NCBI GenBank assembly: GCA_032718475.1
Contig: JAUCBJ010001655.1
Location: 1-38,291, forward strand
Length of the DNA: 38,291 nucleotides
Source of the DNA: Nemertoderma westbladi
Taxonomy: Eukaryota > Animalia > Xenacoelomorpha
Reading direction: 5' to 3'
Positions 35,201-38,291 of the stretch are shown here, one piece after another (positions within the stretch are counted from its first letter, which is position 1; each line of letters begins with the position of its first letter). The notes beneath the pieces were generated by a model. That model did not search any database, had not been told where the DNA came from, and saw nothing but the letters and a program-made list of their open reading frames with translations. A program made the translations under genes and the position numbers.

Positions 35201-37942
35201 TTGTGCGTTGTGTTTGCGTATAGAAATACATTTTGTGCGTTGTGTTTGCGTATAGAAATACATTTTGTGCGTTGTGTTTGCGTATAGAAATACATTGTGT
35301 GCGTTGTGTTTGCGTATAGAAATACATTTTGTGCGTTGAGTTTGCGTATAGAAATACATTTTGTGCGTTGTGTTTGCGTATATAAATACATTTTGTGCGT
35401 TGTCTTCGCGTATAGAAATACATTTTTTGCGTTGTGTTTGCGTATAGAAATACATTGTGTGAGTTGTGTTTGCGTATAGAAATACATTGTGTGCGTTGTG
35501 TTTGCGTATAGAAATACATTGTGTGCGTTGTGTTTGCGTATAGAAATACATTTTGTGAGTTGTGTTTGCGTATAGAAATACATTGTGTGCGTTGTGTTTG
35601 CGTATAGAAATACATTTTGTGCGTTGTGTTTGCGTATAGAAATACATTGTGTGCGTTGTGTTTGCGTATAGAAATACATTTTGTAGGTTGTGTTTGCGTA
35701 TAGAAATACATTTTGTGCGTTGTGTTTGCGTATAGAAATACATTGTGTGCGTTGTGTTTGCGTATAGAAATACATTTTGTGCGTTGTGTTTGCGTATAGA
35801 AATACATTGTGTGCGTTGTGTTTGCGTATAGAAATACATTGTGTGCGTTGTGTTTGCGTATAGAAATACATTGTGTGCGTTGTGTTTGCGTATAGAAATA
35901 CATTTTGTGCGTTGTGTTTGCGTATAGAAATACATTGTGTGCGTTGTGTTTGCGTATAGAAATACATTTTGTGCGTTGTGTTTGCGTATAGAAATACATT
36001 GTGTGCGTTGTGTTTGCGTATAGAAATACATTTTGTGAGTTGTGTTTGCGTATAGAAATACATTGTGTGCGTTGTGTTTGCGTATAGAAATACATTTTGT
36101 GCGTTGTGTTTGCGTATAGAAATACATTGTGTGCGTTGTGTTTGCGTATAGAAATACATTTTGTGCGTTGTGTTTGCGTATAGAAATACATTTTGTGCGT
36201 TGTGTTTGCGTATAGAAATACAATTTGTGCGTTGTGTTTGCGTATAGAAATACATTTTGTGCGTTGTGTTTGCGTTTTGCGTATAGAAATACATGTTGTG
36301 CGTTGTCTTTGCGTATAGAAATACATTTTGTGAGTTGTGTTTGCGTATAGAAATACATTTTGTGCAGTTGTGTTTGCGTATAGAAATACATTTTGTGCAG
36401 TTGTGTTTGCGTATAGAAATACATTTTGTGCAGTTGTGTTTGCGTATAGAAATACATTGTGTGCGTTGTGTTTGCGTATAGAAATACATTGTGTGCGTAG
36501 TGTTTGCGTATAGAAATACAATTTGTGCGTTGTGTTTGCGTATAGAAATACATTTTGTGCGTTGTGTTTGCGTATAGAAATACATTTTGTGCGTTGTGTT
36601 TGCGTATAGAAATACATTGTGTGCGTTGTGTTTGCGTATAGAAATACATTGTGTGCGTTGTGTTTGCGTATAGAAATACAATTTGTGCGTTGTGTTTGCG
36701 TATAGAAATACATTTTGTGCGTTGTGTTTGCGTTTTGCGTATAGAAATACATGTTGTGCGTTGTCTTTGCGTATAGAAATACATTTTGTGAGTTGTGTTT
36801 GCGTATAGCAATACATTTTGTGAGTTGTGTTTGCGTATAGAAATACATTGTGTGAGTTGTGTTTGCGTATAGAAATACATTTTGTGAGTTGTGTTTGCGT
36901 ATAGAAATACATTTTGTGCGTTGTGTTTGCGTATAGAAATACAATTTGTGCGTTGTGTTTGCGTATAGAAATACATTTTGTGCGTTGTGTTTGCGTATAG
37001 AAATACATTTTGTGCGTTGTGTTTGCGTATAGAAATACATTGTGTGCGTTGTGTTTGCGTATAGAAATACATTGTGTGCGTTGTGTTTGCGTATAGAAAT
37101 ACATTTTGTGCGTTGTGTTTGCGTATAGAAATACATTTGTGCGTTGTGTTTGCGTATAGAAATACATTTTGTGCGTTGTCTTTGCGTATAGAAATACATT
37201 TTGTGAGTTGTGTTTGCGTATAGAAATACATTGTGTGAGTTGTGTTTGCGTATAGAAATACATTTTGTGCGTTGTGTTTGCGTATAGAAATACATTGTGT
37301 GCGTTGTGTTTGCGTATAGAAATACATTTTGTGCGTTGTGTTTGCGTATAGAAATACATTGTGTGCGTTGTGTTTGCGTATAGAAATACATTTTGTGCGT
37401 TGTGTTTGCGTATAGAAATACATTGTGTGCGTTGTGTTTGCGTATAGAAATACATTTTGTGCGTTGTGTTTGCGTATAGAAATACATTTTGTGCGTTGTG
37501 TTTGCGTATAGAAATACATTGTGTGCGTTGTGTTTGCGTATAGAAATACATTTTGTGCGTTGTGTTTGCGTATAGAAATACATTTTGTGCGTTGTGTTTG
37601 CGTATAGAAATACATTGTGTGCGTTGTGTTTGCGTATAGAAATACATTTTGTGCGTTGTGTTTGCGTATAGAAATACATTGTGTGCGTTGTGTTTGCGTA
37701 TAGAAATACATTTTGTGCGTTGTGTTTGCGTATAGAAATACATTTTGTGCGTTGTGTTTGCGTATAGAAATACATTTTGTGCGTTGTGTTTGCGTATAGA
37801 AATACATTTTGTGCGTTGTGTTTGCGTATAGAAATACATTGTGTGCGTTGTGTTTGCGTATAGAAATACATTGTGTGCGTTGTGTTTGCGTATAGAAATA
37901 CATTTTGTGCGTTGTGTTTGCGTATAGAAATACATTTTGTGC
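32275..37942. repeat. 32-bp satellite ATACATTTTGTGCGTTGTGTTTGCGTATAGAA (~177 copies)
   Basis: Read directly; stop-free on the minus strand, which produces the spurious 1657-1918 aa ORFs. Confidence 0.98.
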
Positions 37943-37944
37943 AG

Positions 37945-38049
37945 AGGACTCGAGGACTGAAGAATGCATTGAATTTTTTGAGTAGTTCGACTGTGGACTT
38001 CTATGACATCGATGCCAAGCTGCCAATGCGAAAGTTTTTTTTAAAGTAA
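37945..38049 (+). CDS. Candidate exon (RTRGLKNALNFLSSSTVDFYDIDAKLPMRKFFLK*) at the right edge of the 32-bp array
   Basis: The array ends in TTTTGTGCAG (acceptor-like), followed by 34 open codons in GC-richer sequence. Confidence 0.3.
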   Translation, partial: RTRGLKNALNFLSSSTVDFYDIDAKLPMRKFFLK

Positions 38050-38291
38050 AAGTTTGGTTAAATTTTCTTAATTATTTATTTAAATTTCTTAAGTACCGAT
38101 TTTGGGATAGAATTGCTCAATTTTAATCTGTATTTAATAACTGAGCCTCGTCCTGCGCGATGGCCACACGAACGTGTTTAATACAAATATGAATTTTAAA
38201 CTACCCCAGGCGTTCATTGAGGAGACTTACAATAGTTAATAGTTAACTCACTCTAAATTCTGCTAAGATATTAGTTTTGCAACAGGCAGGT

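Noticed and set aside
8101-37942. CRISPR arrays (units of 25-44 bp)
   Set aside because: Units are directly adjacent with no unique spacers, no cas genes are present, and the context is eukaryotic.
32179-38026. Giant minus-strand ORFs of 1918, 1878 and 1657 aa
   Set aside because: All three frames are open only because the 32-bp unit lacks stops on that strand; the unit is not a multiple of 3 and indels shift frames freely.

Overview
Repeat-rich eukaryotic (most likely invertebrate animal) DNA; nothing here looks prokaryotic. More than half the window is tandem satellite (20, ~44, 34, 41, 36, 25 and 32 bp units), and the very long ORFs in the track are artefacts of these arrays. Supported coding content: three spliced, phase-compatible minus-strand exons of a TTLL5-like tubulin polyglutamylase (27546-26146), an intronless trimeric purine nucleoside phosphorylase (14821-15690,+), an intronless MptpB/LipA-type (Y_phosphatase3-like) phosphatase (31264-30353,-) and a low-complexity ORF (7210-7743,+). 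Mobile DNA: head-to-tail non-autonomous Helitrons carrying ~146-bp internal repeats with CTCF-like motifs, a further Helitron, a MITE and two RTE-like LINE fragments. Main observation: several arrays are amplified copies of the functional junction they sit on. A 41-bp array and a 61-bp triplication copy TTLL5 exon ends with their splice donors, a 25-bp array copies a Helitron 3' terminus, and the 32-bp array may be a 38-nt GT-AG intron expanded to 5.7 kb. Copy numbers are span/unit estimates; protein family calls are from recalled motifs, not database searches.
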